Shown: one piece after another, positions 39,193 through 48,666 of the stretch
Numbering within the stretch: position 1 is the first letter of the stretch
Layout of the letters: each line of letters begins with the position of its first letter
NCBI GenBank assembly: GCA_964614525.1
Contig: CAZTPA010000001.1
Location: 152,282-216,281, forward strand
DNA length: 64,000 bases
From: an uncultured Bacteroidales bacterium
GTDB lineage: Bacteria; Bacteroidota; Bacteroidia; Bacteroidales; UBA7960
Direction of reading: 5' to 3'
Made by a program: the position numbers and the translations under genes
The notes under the pieces: generated by a model
Databases searched by the model: none
Seen by the model: only the letters and a program-made list of their open reading frames with translations
Told to the model about the DNA's origin: nothing

Positions 39193-41661
39193 ATGAAGCA
39201 AAAGTTCATTCTTGTTTTTCTTACTATTATTAGTTTTTCCATTACAGGTTTATTTGGACAGCTTAATCCTATTGATTCTTTACACAATGAACTCAGAAAA
39301 GCCCGCCATGATACTACCCGCATTAAAATAAATATTCAAATTGGGTCAAAACATATTTACAACAAGCCTGATAGCGCAATTTTCTATTTACAAAGAGCTA
39401 ATAATCTAATTGAAAGTTTAGATAATAAGAAAGAATTAAACACTTTTATATCAGACAGAAAGGCAAAGTGTTTGTATTATAAGGGAATTGCCTCTACTTT
39501 TATTAGAGATTATGACCAAGCACGCGATTGTACTCTTAAATCAATTGAAATTTATGAAAAACTTCAAGACAAACCGGGTTTATCTGATTGTTATAATAGT
39601 TTAGGTAATCTTTATTACTTTCAGGGAGTATATTCAACTGCAGTAGAGTATTATGAAAAATCATTAACAATCAGGAAAGAATTAGGAGATCAAAGCAAAA
39701 TAGCTTCCTGTTATAATAATTTAGGAGTTGTCTCCAGGCTTCAGGGATCACTTGCAAATGCTATTGAATACTACCAAAAATCGTTGAAAATAAGCGAAGA
39801 GCTCGAAGATACAACAGCAATAGGACAATGTTATAACAATATTGGAATCATATACAGATTACAGGGTCTGTATGCTGAAGCCCTTGATTATCAGCACAAA
39901 GCATTGAAGATTCATGAAGAAGCTGAGAATTATAGAAGTATGGGTATAACATATAATAGTATAGGTGGAATTCATCATCAATTATCATCATATTCAGATG
40001 CAATTGTTTATTATAATAAAGCCCTTGAGATTGAGAAACAACGAAATGATAAAAGAGGGATTGCCAGAGCATATGACAATATTGGAAATTCATACAGGGC
40101 TAAAGGATCCTATTCTCTCGCTATTGAGCATTATAAAAAAGCTTTAAAAATCAATGAAGAATTTTCTGAAAAATACGGAATAAGTCTAAATTACAGTAAT
40201 CTTGGAATGGCTTATCAGGAACAGGGACAATATGCTAAGGCTATAGACTATCATCTTAAATCATTAAAAATAAAAGAAGAACTTGGAACCAAAAATGGCA
40301 TTGCACATTCTTTAGGGAATTTAGCCGATATTAATATCAGGATGGGACAGGAATCTTTAACAAAAGAGAAGAAAAATAAGTATTATAGAAAAGCACTGGA
40401 ATATTCTGAAAAAGCATTGGAAATAGCAAAAGAATTAAATGCCTTACTAATTGAAAACTTCCAGTACAAAAATATGCATACTGCCTATAGTGGCTTAGGA
40501 GACTTTAAAAAAGCTTATGAATATTCAAAGCTTTACATTAAAACTAATGACAGCCTTTTTAATGAGGATAAAGCTAAAATTATTACAGAAATCCAAACTA
40601 AATATGAAACAGTAAAAAAGCAACAAGAAATTGAAAATCAAAGATTAATTATTGAGCAGCAAGAGTCTGATAAGCAAAAGCAAGTGATGTTGCATTATTT
40701 GCTTGGCATAATAGTAATACTGCTACTTATACTTATAATCGTTATACTTTTTGCATACAGAAACAAAAGATTAAGTCACAATGCCATTGAAATAAAGAAT
40801 AATATGCTGGAACAAGCAAATGAGGAAATAAACGCACAAAAAGATGAATTGACAGCTCAAAGAGACACTGTTGTTCATCAAAATAAACGCATTGAACAAC
40901 AAAAAGAAAAAATCACGAACAGTATAAACTATGCTAAAGTAATTCAAAAAGCGGTACTACCTTCTGATGAAAATATTAACAAAATACTCAAAGATTATTT
41001 CATCATATACAAACCCAAAGAAATTGTTTCAGGTGATTTTTATTGGGTTAGCAGTACAAACGGACTTATAGTATTCTCGGTAGCTGACTGCACGGGACAT
41101 GGAGTTCCCGGCGCTTTCATGAGTATGCTGGGCTTGTCTTTTTTGAACGAAATAGTTAGTAAAAAAGGAATTACACAGCCGAATATTATTTTAGACCTAA
41201 TGCGCGAATCAGTAATTGAGGCATTACAACAAAAAGGACGATTTGCTGATCAGAGTGAAGGAATTAATATGTCACTCTGTACATGGGATACAGCAAATAA
41301 TAAATTATATTTTGCAGGTGCAAAAAATCCCATAATAATCATTAAAGACAAGAAAACCTTAAAAACCATACCTGCAGATAAGCAACCTATCGCAACCCAC
41401 AAAAAGCTTCAAGCATTTACTTTACAAGAGATACAACTCGAAAAGGGAGACAAAATATATTTATCTACTGACGGATTTCATGATCAATTCGGAGGCCAAA
41501 ATTATCAAAGATTTAAAAGAAAGAATCTTAAAGACTTACTTTTAAGTATCTCTGATTATTCATTACAAAATCAAAAAGAAATATTAGATAAAACTTTTGA
41601 AGATTGGAAAGGGGATAATGAACAAATTGATGATGTTACCATTATGGCTATAAAAGTATAA
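39193..41661 (+). CDS. Signalling protein: signal peptide, about 9 TPRs, TM helix, coiled coil, PP2C-type (SpoIIE) phosphatase domain
   Basis: Repeated CYNNLGxxYxxQGxYxxAIEYYxKSLxI units, TM LLGIIVILLLILIIVILFAY, and PP2C motifs SGDFYW, DCTGHGVPGAF, STDGFHDQ, DDVT. TATATTTG boxes at 39102-39109 and 39148-39155. Confidence 0.8.
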   Translation: MKQKFILVFLTIISFSITGLFGQLNPIDSLHNELRKARHDTTRIKINIQIGSKHIYNKPDSAIFYLQRANNLIESLDNKKELNTFISDRKAKCLYYKGIASTFIRDYDQARDCTLKSIEIYEKLQDKPGLSDCYNSLGNLYYFQGVYSTAVEYYEKSLTIRKELGDQSKIASCYNNLGVVSRLQGSLANAIEYYQKSLKISEELEDTTAIGQCYNNIGIIYRLQGLYAEALDYQHKALKIHEEAENYRSMGITYNSIGGIHHQLSSYSDAIVYYNKALEIEKQRNDKRGIARAYDNIGNSYRAKGSYSLAIEHYKKALKINEEFSEKYGISLNYSNLGMAYQEQGQYAKAIDYHLKSLKIKEELGTKNGIAHSLGNLADINIRMGQESLTKEKKNKYYRKALEYSEKALEIAKELNALLIENFQYKNMHTAYSGLGDFKKAYEYSKLYIKTNDSLFNEDKAKIITEIQTKYETVKKQQEIENQRLIIEQQESDKQKQVMLHYLLGIIVILLLILIIVILFAYRNKRLSHNAIEIKNNMLEQANEEINAQKDELTAQRDTVVHQNKRIEQQKEKITNSINYAKVIQKAVLPSDENINKILKDYFIIYKPKEIVSGDFYWVSSTNGLIVFSVADCTGHGVPGAFMSMLGLSFLNEIVSKKGITQPNIILDLMRESVIEALQQKGRFADQSEGINMSLCTWDTANNKLYFAGAKNPIIIIKDKKTLKTIPADKQPIATHKKLQAFTLQEIQLEKGDKIYLSTDGFHDQFGGQNYQRFKRKNLKDLLLSISDYSLQNQKEILDKTFEDWKGDNEQIDDVTIMAIKV

Positions 41662-41671
41662 TAATCTAAAA

Positions 41672-41707
41672 AGAGTTCAGAGATCATAGAAATGAAATCT
41701 GAACTCT
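41672..41707. terminator. Hairpin between convergent genes (possible bidirectional terminator)
   Basis: 10-bp stem AGAGTTCAGA / TCTGAACTCT with a 16-nt loop. There is a TTTT run on the minus-strand side. Confidence 0.45.
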
Positions 41708-41734
41708 AATATTATAAAAATAATAGTTACATCT

Positions 41735-42934
41735 TTACTTTATTCTGCCGGGATATACCTTCAATGATTCTTCGAGGCATTTTATAGATTTCTTAAGATC
41801 CTCAACATTTAAAACATAAGAAATTCTAACTTCATCTTTACCGGAGCCCGGGGTAGAATAGAATCCGGTAGCAGGAGCAAGCATAACAGTTTCATTTTTA
41901 TAATTAAAATCGTCCAGTAACCATTGGCAGAATCTGTCACAATCATCAATAGGCAGTTTTGCAGTCACATAAAATGCACCTTTAGGATTTGGACAAACAA
42001 CTCCCGGAATTTTATTTAAAGCTTCAACCACGGTATTTCTGCGTGCCAAATATTCTTCAATAACTTCTGTAAAATATGAATCAGGAGTATCGATAGCTGC
42101 CTCTGCGGCAATTTGCCCTAATGAGGGTGGACTTAAACGTGCCTGGGCAAACTTCAATGCTGTTTTCATTACATCTTTATTTCTTGAAATCATCGCTCCT
42201 ATTCTTATTCCGCAAGCACTATAACGTTTAGAGACAGAATCAAAAAGCACAACATTATTTTCAATGCCTTTTAAGTTCATTACAGAATAATGAGTTGTGC
42301 CATCATAGCAAAACTCCCTATAAACTTCATCGGCAAATAAGAAGAGGTCATGTTTTTTCACTATTTCGCGCAAAACATCAAGCTCTTTCTTAGAATACAG
42401 ATATCCTGTAGGATTATTAGGATTACAAACCATTATGGCTTTTGTTCTGGATGTAATAGCTTTTTCAAATTCAGCTATAGGAGGCAAAGCAAATCCATTT
42501 TCAATTGTAGATTTTATAGGCTTTACTTTAACACCGGCACTAATTGCGAAGCCATTATAATTTGCATAAAATGGTTCCGGAATAATAATTTCATCACCGG
42601 GATTAAGGCATGTCTGAACAGCAAATAGTATAGCTTCAGAAGCTCCGGCACCAATTATTATTTCATCCGGTGTGATATTAATATTATGCTTTTTATAATA
42701 TCCGCAAAGCTTCTCACGATATGAAAGAATACCGGCTGAATGGCTATACTCAATAACTTTTTCATCAAGATTATGCATAGCATCAATCATACTCTTGGGA
42801 GTTGGAATATCCGGCTGCCCTATGTTCAAATGATAAACCTTAATTCCTCTTTTTTTTGCATTTTCTGCAAAAGGAACTAATTTACGAATTGGTGATTCGG
42901 GCATCATTTGCCCTTTTACTGATATATTTGGCAT
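41735..42934 (-). CDS. Class I/II PLP-dependent aminotransferase (aspartate/aromatic type)
   Basis: IGQPD, NPNNPTG, SVSKRYSACGIRIG (PLP lysine) motifs; 399 aa. Confidence 0.85.
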   Translation of the reverse strand: MPNISVKGQMMPESPIRKLVPFAENAKKRGIKVYHLNIGQPDIPTPKSMIDAMHNLDEKVIEYSHSAGILSYREKLCGYYKKHNINITPDEIIIGAGASEAILFAVQTCLNPGDEIIIPEPFYANYNGFAISAGVKVKPIKSTIENGFALPPIAEFEKAITSRTKAIMVCNPNNPTGYLYSKKELDVLREIVKKHDLFLFADEVYREFCYDGTTHYSVMNLKGIENNVVLFDSVSKRYSACGIRIGAMISRNKDVMKTALKFAQARLSPPSLGQIAAEAAIDTPDSYFTEVIEEYLARRNTVVEALNKIPGVVCPNPKGAFYVTAKLPIDDCDRFCQWLLDDFNYKNETVMLAPATGFYSTPGSGKDEVRISYVLNVEDLKKSIKCLEESLKVYPGRIK

Positions 42935-43014
42935 GTTTATATAATTTTATATTTGTATAATATTGTTTGGGCAAAATTGAGGAAAATTTTATATATATCC
43001 TAATAATTTTAGAA

Positions 43015-43044
43015 GGTATCAGGTGTCAGGTATCGGGTATCGGG
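43015..43044. repeat. Tandem heptamer array, left arm: GGTATCA GGTGTCA GGTATCG GGTATCG GG
   Basis: Read directly from the sequence. It is the reverse complement of the array at 43537-43587. Confidence 0.85.
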
Positions 43045-43110
43045 AAAAATTAAAATAAATATTTTTTATATTATATTTTACTCATATTTGCATAAATATA
43101 TGTTGTATCT

Positions 43111-43472
43111 ATGGGTGATTTTAGATATTTAAAGGTTTAGAGTAAGTCAAAAGCCTTAAGTGTATTAATATATAGCTTAACAAGTTCTGGCAGGATTTCA
43201 AAAGATTATGGCTTGATTGATCAAATGATGCGAGCTGCTGTGAGTATTCCTAGTAATATTGCAGAAGGAGATCAACTTGGTAGTAATCAACAATCAATTA
43301 GACATTTTATATTGCGAGAGGATCTGCTTCTGAACTTTTAACACAAGCAATTATAGCAGAAGAAATTAAATATTTATCAAAAAATGATTTGCAAACTATA
43401 GAACAAGAGTGCAATGTAATATGTTCTATGCTCACACGTTTAATTCAATCAAGAAATAAAAAGTTAGAATAA
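43111..43472 (+). pseudogene. Decayed four-helix-bundle protein gene (23S rRNA intervening-sequence protein / DGR Avd-like family)
   Basis: My translation gives MGDFRYLKV*SKSKAL...[21 protein letters not shown]...IRHF then, after a 1-nt shift, [23 protein letters not shown]...LIQSRNKKLE*. TAG at 43138-43140 replaces the conserved Trp. The frameshift lies near 43306-43312. Length is 362 nt (3n-1). Confidence 0.75.
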
Positions 43473-43536
43473 TATAAATTAAAAAATGCAACCCTTGTTT
43501 AACCTAAAAACGGTCAACCTATTCGGGCATGGACAA

Positions 43537-43587
43537 CCAGATACCCGATACCCGATACCAGACACCAGACACCCGATACCAGACACC
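43537..43587. repeat. Tandem heptamer array, right arm: (CCAGATA CCCGATA CCCGATA CCAGACA CCAGACA CCCGATA CCAGACA) CC
   Basis: Seven heptamers. 43544-43573 is complementary to the left arm at 27 of 30 positions, including a perfect 16-bp run. Confidence 0.85.
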
Positions 43588-43591
43588 TTTG

Positions 43592-45055
43592 TTATTTCAT
43601 AAAGTTTTCGATTTCACGCATTTTCTTTGGTAAATGCCCCGATAATATTTCATTTCCATCCTTAGTTATTAAAACAACATCTTCTATTCTAATACCAATT
43701 CCGGAATATTTTTCATAAATCGGCCTGACTTTATCTGCAAACTCATCCAATTCATCAGCAGTAGCAATATCGCCAAAAAGTTCATGAAGTTGATCAAGTT
43801 TATTATCCATCAAATACAAACCCGGCTCCATTGAAAGCACCATTCCCGGTTTTAAGTCCCTACCGCGAAATTCAGGATTTAGAAGATGTTCATCCCTATT
43901 ATCAATATCAAAATCACCGTAACTTCCAACATCATGGACATTAAGACCAATATAGTGACTTGTTCTGTGTTGAATATAGAAACGTTTTTGCCACCATTTT
44001 GTGGTATCAGTGATAAGCCCCATATTATACAAGCCTTCCACCATTATACTATTCGCTTTATGATTAGCATCCAGAATTTTATTCTCCGGAGATAATTCCT
44101 TAACACCTTCCTCAAAAGCTTTCAAAACCAGTTTATAAAGAACTTTTTGTTCAGTAGAAAACTTTCCGTTTACGGGTACTGTCCGAGTAATATCTGCACT
44201 ATATCCTGCTCTGCTGGAGGCGCCAATATCAACTAACAAGAGATCACCTGACTGCATTTCCCTATTATTCTTAAAATGATGCAATACTGTAGCATTTGGA
44301 CCTGATCCAACTATAGAATAAAAACCCACTCCCAGTCCGTTCTTTCTGTATACATATTCAATTTCAGCCTGAGCTTCATACTCTTTCTGACCGGGAGAAA
44401 CAGTTTTCCAAACTCTTTGATGAGCAAAGGCTGTTACCTGCACTGCTTGTTTTATCTGAGAAATCTCCCAATCATCTTTTATTACTCTCATTTCATGAAT
44501 TATTGGATCAATTTCTTTAATATCAATAGCTTTTCCTATTATATCATAAATTTCAAGTAACTGATTTTTAATTGATTTATCCTTAGAATGAAGGTATATT
44601 CTATTTGTATTTTTCAGTAAATCAGGCAAAACATCCAGAAGTGAATCAATATTATAGGCTTTATCAGCACCAAATTTCTCCACAGCTCCTTCCAGACCGT
44701 ATAGTTCGCCTGTCCATTGAGCTGCATGAAGATTATAGGGTTCGAGAAACATTACAAACTGATTTTCTTCATCAGGTCTAAAACATGCAACTCCTGTTCT
44801 CTCATCAAAACCGGTCATGTATTTAAAATCTGCAGCTGCTGCGGTTGACATTATAACAACACCATCCTTTGTTTCGCTTAGTAGCTTATTCCTGCGGTTT
44901 TCAAACACTTCCGGTTTAAAATCAGGTTCAGTCATTTCATAAATAAACTTATTAGGTAAAACGCAGTAATTCTTTTGTGTAAGCATATTTTTTAATATTA
45001 TTATTTGAATAATAATCACTACAAGAATAAGAATTATTATAATATATCTTTTCAT
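43592..45055 (-). CDS. Xaa-Pro aminopeptidase (M24B, aminopeptidase P family) with N-terminal membrane anchor
   Basis: M24 metal ligands (DIGASSRAGYSADITRT, HYIGLNVHD, MEPGLY, IRIEDVV) and an N-terminal hydrophobic helix. Confidence 0.85.
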   Translation of the reverse strand: MKRYIIIILILVVIIIQIIILKNMLTQKNYCVLPNKFIYEMTEPDFKPEVFENRRNKLLSETKDGVVIMSTAAAADFKYMTGFDERTGVACFRPDEENQFVMFLEPYNLHAAQWTGELYGLEGAVEKFGADKAYNIDSLLDVLPDLLKNTNRIYLHSKDKSIKNQLLEIYDIIGKAIDIKEIDPIIHEMRVIKDDWEISQIKQAVQVTAFAHQRVWKTVSPGQKEYEAQAEIEYVYRKNGLGVGFYSIVGSGPNATVLHHFKNNREMQSGDLLLVDIGASSRAGYSADITRTVPVNGKFSTEQKVLYKLVLKAFEEGVKELSPENKILDANHKANSIMVEGLYNMGLITDTTKWWQKRFYIQHRTSHYIGLNVHDVGSYGDFDIDNRDEHLLNPEFRGRDLKPGMVLSMEPGLYLMDNKLDQLHELFGDIATADELDEFADKVRPIYEKYSGIGIRIEDVVLITKDGNEILSGHLPKKMREIENFMK

Positions 45056-45128
45056 AAAAATTAATATTTAGATTTACTGAATAAATTTAATTTCTTATTA
45101 ATAATACATTCTTATATAAAAGATAAAA

Positions 45129-45521
45129 TCACTCCGGAACAATCTCACCTCTTATTCTGATTTTTAATGTGTTATTCTCGCTATTTGAATGAATAGTCAG
45201 ATATCTTTCAAAGATTCCTAATCTTGATGAGTCATATTTTATATTTATAGCAGCTGTATCTCCCGGAGCAATATCCTCTCGCGGATAAGAAACTACCATA
45301 AGTCCGCAACCTCCTCTAACATTAGAAATTCTTAATTTACGATTTCCTTTATTAATCACTTCTATTTGGCTGTTAATTTTATCTCCCTGATTAACAGTTT
45401 TAAAATCAACAATAGTATCTTTTACAAAAATCACAGGACTATCATTGCTATGTTTTTGAGCATAAAGTGATAATTGCAGGGATAAGAAAATAACAGCCGG
45501 AAAAAACAAAAACTTCATCAT
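45129..45521 (-). CDS. DUF1573-type secreted protein
   Basis: Signal peptide, then the family pattern DFKTVNQGDK....I.NKGN..L.I..V...CG.....Y......PGD...I.I.YD. About 130 aa. Confidence 0.65.
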   Translation of the reverse strand: MMKFLFFPAVIFLSLQLSLYAQKHSNDSPVIFVKDTIVDFKTVNQGDKINSQIEVINKGNRKLRISNVRGGCGLMVVSYPREDIAPGDTAAINIKYDSSRLGIFERYLTIHSNSENNTLKIRIRGEIVPE

Positions 45522-45624
45522 AAATAAGTAATTTGCACAAATTTAGAAGTTATTTTTGTAATTCTAAGGTATTAAGAATTATAAAATATTGTAAATAACG
45601 AACAAAGCAATTTTCACAAAGAAG

Positions 45625-45858
45625 ATGGATAACATTAAGCCTGAGTTATTACTTGATTTGGTTAAAATGCAAATGCCTTTTGGAAAATATAAAGGCAGAA
45701 TTCTGTGTGACTTGCCTGTATCTTATCTAGAATGGTTTAATCGTGAAGGCTTTCCAAAAAACAAACTTGGAATGCTGTTACAAAGTATGTACGAAATAAA
45801 AATGAACGGCCTGGAATATTTATTAACACCTCTAAAGGAGAATCATAGAAAAAAATAA
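45625..45858 (+). CDS. DUF3820-family small protein
   Basis: MPFGKYKGRILCDLPVSYLEWF...GFPKNKLG motif; 77 aa. Confidence 0.65.
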   Translation: MDNIKPELLLDLVKMQMPFGKYKGRILCDLPVSYLEWFNREGFPKNKLGMLLQSMYEIKMNGLEYLLTPLKENHRKK

Positions 45859-45892
45859 ACTTCTCAAAGTCAAAACAGCTTCTTATAAAAAA

Positions 45893-46672
45893 CTATTTCG
45901 GTGGAATAAGATCATTTTCCACCATAATTCCACCATCAACTGTAATAATGCTACCTGTAACCCAGGAAGCTTTCTCAGACAAAAGAAACCCAACCATTTC
46001 CGATATATCCTCGGGGGTTCCTATCCGCCCGATTGGATATCGTTTCGCCGACTTCACAATCATATTATCATATGAACTCTTATCGGAAAATATTTCATTA
46101 TCAAGGTGAATATTAGTTTTAACCAATCCCGGGCTTACAGCGTTAACTCTGATTTTATAAGGGCCAAGATCACCCGCAAGAAAACGCGTAAGCATATCAA
46201 GGCCTGCTTTTGAAACAGAGTATGCTATGCTTGTGCCGGGTTTTAGCCCGGCAACTGAAGAAATATTAACTATAGAAGCACCATCAGCTTTTTTTAGTAA
46301 GGGCAACAGCATTTTTATAACAATATAAGGCCCTGACAAATTCACATTAAGCAAAGACTGCCAATCATCAATACTTATTGTTTCAATTGTGCCTTTATTA
46401 AGCACTGCAGCGCTGTTTACAAGTCCATGCAAAACTCCATATTTCTTATTCAAATATTTAAAAATCTCCTCCATATCTTCCACGCAGGAAGTATCACAAC
46501 TAATAAAATCCACTTTTCCTTTAAGATGCGGCATTTGTTTCAAAGCCCTGTCAATCTTTTCTTGACTTCTGCTAAGGGATATAACACTATGGCTTTCAGA
46601 TACCAGTAAGTTCGCAATGCTCAGCCCTATACCTGAGCTACCGCCTGTAATTAAATACACTTTCTTTGTCAT
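45893..46672 (-). CDS. SDR-family oxidoreductase
   Basis: TGGSSGIG cofactor motif, NSAA, SSVAG...YSVSKAG catalytic motif. The ATG at 46672 (MTKKVYLITGG) is preferred over the track start at 46705. Confidence 0.85.
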   Translation of the reverse strand: MTKKVYLITGGSSGIGLSIANLLVSESHSVISLSRSQEKIDRALKQMPHLKGKVDFISCDTSCVEDMEEIFKYLNKKYGVLHGLVNSAAVLNKGTIETISIDDWQSLLNVNLSGPYIVIKMLLPLLKKADGASIVNISSVAGLKPGTSIAYSVSKAGLDMLTRFLAGDLGPYKIRVNAVSPGLVKTNIHLDNEIFSDKSSYDNMIVKSAKRYPIGRIGTPEDISEMVGFLLSEKASWVTGSIITVDGGIMVENDLIPPK

Positions 46673-46715
46673 ATGAAAAATCTTTATATGTTCAACAAGA
46701 TGCAATATACAAAAA

Positions 46716-47297
46716 TCACCTATTAAATAAAAGTCCGATTTGTAATACAGGATTTTGATAATTCATTTTATCTGCAAAGAAGTAGCTGGTTTGCAAGGTA
46801 AGAAGTAGTCTTTTGGTGAGTTCATAATCTACACCAACAAATGGCACATACACTGCTGTTCCAAAATCATATAAAAAAGCTTCAGAAAGTTCATTTTCAT
46901 TTTGGCTTTCCACATGCAAATTATTTATACCTCCCCTTCCAACACCCATTGATGCATTATAGCGCCATCTGCCGGCTTTATGAGTGAGTCCTAAAAACAA
47001 GCCACCGTGCCCCAGGTTAATATATGAAGCCTCAGACTTTTCAGTATCATAAGATGCTCTTTGGCTACCTCCGTATATTCCTGCAGATAAGTTTGAGCCA
47101 ATATAAAAACGCAAAATACCACCTATTCCACTTCCAACAGTAGAGAAACTCCCGTGTGAATTTTGAAACATCAAATAAGATGGCTGTAGAATATGCATTC
47201 CGCCGCTATAAATATTTCGGTCATTTTTTTCACTTTTTTCAGCGGCACTAAGAAAAAAAGGAATACAAAGAAATATATAGATATAAATTAATCGCAT
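46716..47297 (-). CDS. Small outer-membrane beta-barrel-like protein, function unknown
   Basis: Signal peptide, alternating Gly/aromatic beta-strand pattern, C-terminal ...QIGLLFNR. Confidence 0.4.
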   Translation of the reverse strand: MRLIYIYIFLCIPFFLSAAEKSEKNDRNIYSGGMHILQPSYLMFQNSHGSFSTVGSGIGGILRFYIGSNLSAGIYGGSQRASYDTEKSEASYINLGHGGLFLGLTHKAGRWRYNASMGVGRGGINNLHVESQNENELSEAFLYDFGTAVYVPFVGVDYELTKRLLLTLQTSYFFADKMNYQNPVLQIGLLFNR

Positions 47298-47473
47298 TAC
47301 ATTATTGTTTTCGCAAAAGTATTAAAAACAATTTTACTATATAATGATTGAATTAAATAAAGCGCAAAAAAACATTTGCAATCGAATTAAACAAAGAATA
47401 CTACAAAATCTTAATAGCATCAACTATTTATTTCAATTGCAAATTCCTAAAACAATATTTGCATTCACATTTT

Positions 47474-48532
47474 TTACAATCCCTGAAAACTATATCTAAG
47501 TCCAAATCTAAATCCAACTATCATATCTTTCTTGTCATTAATATGATGCTCAAAAATAGGTAAGAAAGGTTTGTATGAATCTATACTATCAGGATTATAA
47601 TTCCATGCAACTGAAGGGCCTGCTATAATATGGATATTTGGAGTAATTGCATAACCAAAACCTGCGGTAAATGAAGTTGTTTGTTGGCAGCTATTTCCAA
47701 GTGTATTTAAAGATACAAGTTCGGGATTAAAAAATAGTGATTCATTTATAGAAATTACAGATCCCATACCTGCACCTACTGCGAATTTCTTTTCAAAACC
47801 TGGATTATAAGATGTAATAAATGAGGTATAAAACATAGGAACCCCTATCTTAAATGATAAGTTAAGAGGATACATTTCATTTACACTAAGTTCTATAGCC
47901 TGATACCCTCCTTTTCTGACGATGGATAAAAAACCAATAGGTAAACCCTCGTCTAATGAATCTGCTAAATTGACAAAACCTATTTGCAAGCCTTTTAGAT
48001 TTCCCGACACATTAACAAAACCGGCCTGTAGGCCTTCAATTTCATCGCGTGCAGCATTAACAAAACCTATTTGCACTCCGGAAATCTTCTCGGAACAAGC
48101 ATTTACAAAACCACTTTGCACTCCTTTTGCCTCCTTTGCCGAAGTATTTACAAAACCAACTTGTACACCTTGTGTAGTATCCGTAATTGTATTAACAAAC
48201 CCATATTGCAAACCTTTAAAAGAAGAGGTTGTTGTATTAACGAATCCAGCTTGAACTCCTTCAGCAGAGCCTCCTGAAGTGTTAACATAACCCAATTGCA
48301 ACCCACTAAAACTCTTATAATTAAAATTTACAAACCCGACATGGGCACTCTTGTGATGCCCCTTAGCTATATTAACAAAGCCAATTAAAGGAGCATTGAA
48401 ACCATCCGGTACAATATTCAAAGCCACCGTATAGATTGTTGTTTCATTTTCTTGTTTTATAGTATCCTGGGCTAATGCCTTTGTGTTAATTAATACGAAG
48501 GCAATAATTAAAGTTTTAAATAAAGTTTTCAT
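47474..48532 (-). CDS. Secreted protein with about 10 tandem 14-15-aa G(V/L)QxGFVN repeats and a C-terminal beta-rich domain
   Basis: The ATG at 48532 gives the signal peptide MKTLFKTLIIAFVLINTKALAQ. Repeats include GLQLGYVNTSGGSAE, GVQAGFVNTTTSSFK and GLQYGFVNTITDTTQ. Confidence 0.55.
   Translation of the reverse strand: MKTLFKTLIIAFVLINTKALAQDTIKQENETTIYTVALNIVPDGFNAPLIGFVNIAKGHHKSAHVGFVNFNYKSFSGLQLGYVNTSGGSAEGVQAGFVNTTTSSFKGLQYGFVNTITDTTQGVQVGFVNTSAKEAKGVQSGFVNACSEKISGVQIGFVNAARDEIEGLQAGFVNVSGNLKGLQIGFVNLADSLDEGLPIGFLSIVRKGGYQAIELSVNEMYPLNLSFKIGVPMFYTSFITSYNPGFEKKFAVGAGMGSVISINESLFFNPELVSLNTLGNSCQQTTSFTAGFGYAITPNIHIIAGPSVAWNYNPDSIDSYKPFLPIFEHHINDKKDMIVGFRFGLRYSFQGL
47920..48350 (-). repeat. 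Tandem 42-45-nt coding repeats (GFVN units)
   Basis: Periodic G(V/L)QxGFVN in the translation. An antisense ORF (47922..48254) is also periodic, which I take to be an artefact of the repeat. Confidence 0.7.
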
Positions 48533-48666
48533 GATAATAAGTTTAATTTGTATTTTTATTAGAATTTGAATAATCCATTTACCGGATATAATTTGCACAA
48601 TGAAATATTGAAAAATTATGTGAAAAAAATTGGAGTAAGCTTAGGAAATATATTGAACCCAAAACA

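Noticed and set aside
43015-43587. Whether the heptamer arrays could be a CRISPR array, or the arms of a classical IS or MITE.
   Set aside because: The units are 7 nt and contiguous with no spacers, so this is not a CRISPR array. There is no transposase and I could identify no target-site duplication. It is reported instead as an IVS-like cassette of unknown mobility.
47922-48254. A 110-aa plus-strand ORF with its own periodic sequence (KPxCxP repeats), antisense to the GFVN-repeat gene. A similar case is 48071..48277.
   Set aside because: The periodicity is the mirror image of the coding repeats on the minus strand. There is no start context or signal. I treat it as a repeat artefact.
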